Notes under the pieces: model-generated
The model's input: only the letters and a program-made list of their open reading frames with translations
Database searches by the model: none
What the model was told of the DNA's origin: nothing
Translations under genes and position numbers: made by a program
NCBI GenBank assembly: GCA_964564775.1
Contig: CAZMDM010000131.1
Span: 1 to 33,887, forward strand
Length of the DNA: 33,887 nt
Reading direction: 5' to 3'
Source: an uncultured Desulfonema sp.
GTDB taxonomy: Bacteria > Desulfobacterota > Desulfobacteria > Desulfobacterales > DYRC01
Shown here: piece by piece, positions 33,801 to 33,887 of the stretch
Layout: each line of letters begins with the position of its first letter
Numbering within the stretch: position 1 is the first letter of the stretch

Positions 33801-33887
33801 CGGAGGCATTCCCAGCGGGCAGCCTGCGGTGGTGGATTTTGACGGAGACGGATACGCGGATCGTCTGTATATCGGTGCCAACTCCAA
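30865..33887 (+). CDS. pilY1: PilY1-like type IV pilus tip adhesin, 5' portion (over 1007 codons, open at the right edge), with a DUF4114-like N-terminal module
   Basis: Absent from the ORF track because no stop occurs in the window. My translation from ATG 30865 (AGGAGG at 30854..30859) stays open to 33887. The start is MSVNRINKNKYRILLTAFGILLTVFIMYPIEMAIA.... The N-terminal module runs from VTFVYENAGYRNTRFGW to DNDYNDLVFIIE. PilY1 hallmarks follow: ATIYVGARDGMLHAFDAG, WAFIP, YVDASPTVADVYI..KWVTVLM.AEGNGG...CLDITDPNTPKFLWE and VVDFDGDGYADRLYIGANS. Confidence 0.85.
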   Translation, partial: MSVNRINKNKYRILLTAFGILLTVFIMYPIEMAIADKPTSSSEITACATQSPKSYTQFVASDFSLINVDVDPTTKFLTLNTGNQALDVNKIVVPFDQDISVTFVYENAGYRNTRFGWMMATDVDSSGNPITSKIRWVYTDINDNNNDGVMDVSGTNSAGRWGDVNGDGKIDARDNKQVLGKFQAGSELVFVLDSSPNNGVYSSGENRGAVLYTKKAWNPPATLNPGGIQRLVQYYNDSSSVSSSMGCEAYNRTDNNYGCVTGCLPSKKLSVNTQGWLDKNARDRLRTLFGLNFDAVSTGNTKCIDDAYNVPSQAMIVAAPAQNPNAWIIAGDDQRHSSGSGSDNDYNDLVFIIERKTGGTAALTSAQAIKPSDPAAYFTGVTFEVYDDMPCAGGTNIIYSVSPDGGTTWIEITDWDEIYVSDVNKSKGSAVANWSPGKPQYTYRKATLDFLSSGKVGQAFLWKAAMTSDNEQCVPKIMGVNLSFSIAKHGIFARSAPITMANMLYSGSYETPDPTDATWTDMTLRGHLIYTRLYQPDDPTKTDIKEIVKDAGAVLSARAVSSRKIYYPSVTINSAGYVIGRGNSTDGINGTKTFSGTINHQPMQDGSLVITDGTEKFSEGDEDTLKGSLGGSGTIDRFTGEYTVTFKNPPWVNVPVTATYNYYTISQAMKSFDTGAGITPTLLGLTSDWSYNSSGTVVYENDFNKDGKMDQNDADWLVNWTRGYKDGASTKKSWLLGAIDHSTPAIDVPPGRPAWYYGTATTDDERDLYKAFAEANADRPATIYVGARDGMLHAFDAGKFKWGDNPKTANITENIGYFVWSGNSPSDSDYGTADERWAFIPINLMSRLKNNYKGTSKQSYVDASPTVADVYINKKWVTVLMTAEGNGGDTVVCLDITDPNTPKFLWEYANTELYKSKSSPSVARLAKIKSGGESKWVAFFVSAKSNPAKYPAIYVVDIASGALLKKVYLYAAELGTTGLGGIPSGQPAVVDFDGDGYADRLYIGANS

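Noticed and set aside
1-33887. A search for CRISPR arrays, tRNA/rRNA genes, transposases, integrases, phage modules and known defence-system ATPases or nucleases.
   Set aside because: I found no regularly spaced direct repeats, no tRNA-like T-arm (GGTTCGAATCC-type) sequences in intergenic regions, and no ORF with transposase, integrase or defence-type motifs. The only nuclease-like genes are the two Uma2 copies.

Overview
This 33.9-kb window looks like chromosome from a diderm, probably anaerobic bacterium. The gene content (fhs, a DUF3786/Fe-S protein, a sigma54-driven pilus operon, many Uma2 nucleases) resembles Desulfobacterota, but I cannot verify the taxon. No rRNA, tRNA, CRISPR array, transposase or integrase is visible.

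Layout:
- **1-3.7 kb:** the edge of an exopolysaccharide locus (partial GT4 glycosyltransferase on the minus strand, then wecB), followed by fhs.
- **3.8-12.9 kb:** a minus-strand block: PBP1B, Uma2 nuclease, DUF3786/Fe-S protein, GH13 amylase-family enzyme, orphan HAMP histidine kinase, and a translationally coupled DegT aminotransferase / lone LivM-type permease pair.
- **13-27.7 kb:** a cell-surface accessory region.
  - Contents: two paralogous, inverted, short TpsA-like (filamentous-haemagglutinin N-terminal domain) beta-helix exoproteins; a 1069-aa VIT-vWA-TPR-DUF2135 lipoprotein; a small membrane protein; an omptin-family outer-membrane protease with intact catalytic residues; and CbiQ/CbiO without CbiM/N.
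  - Further contents: a second Uma2 nuclease, a GT2 glycosyltransferase interrupted by one in-frame TAG, HU, a HicB-like protein and an O-methyltransferase.
- **27.7 kb-end:** a type IV pilus minor-pilin operon (FimT/GspH-like, PilV, PilW, PilX, then a PilY1-like protein over 1007 aa that runs off the right edge). A good sigma54 -24/-12 element and three phased 20-bp direct repeats lie upstream.

The best candidate for something undescribed is the TpsA-like / omptin / VIT-vWA cluster. It has no TpsB transporter anywhere in the window. It shares a 420-bp divergent control region that carries a perfect 15-bp inverted-repeat pair.

All functional calls come from reading the translations for motifs. 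No database search was possible.
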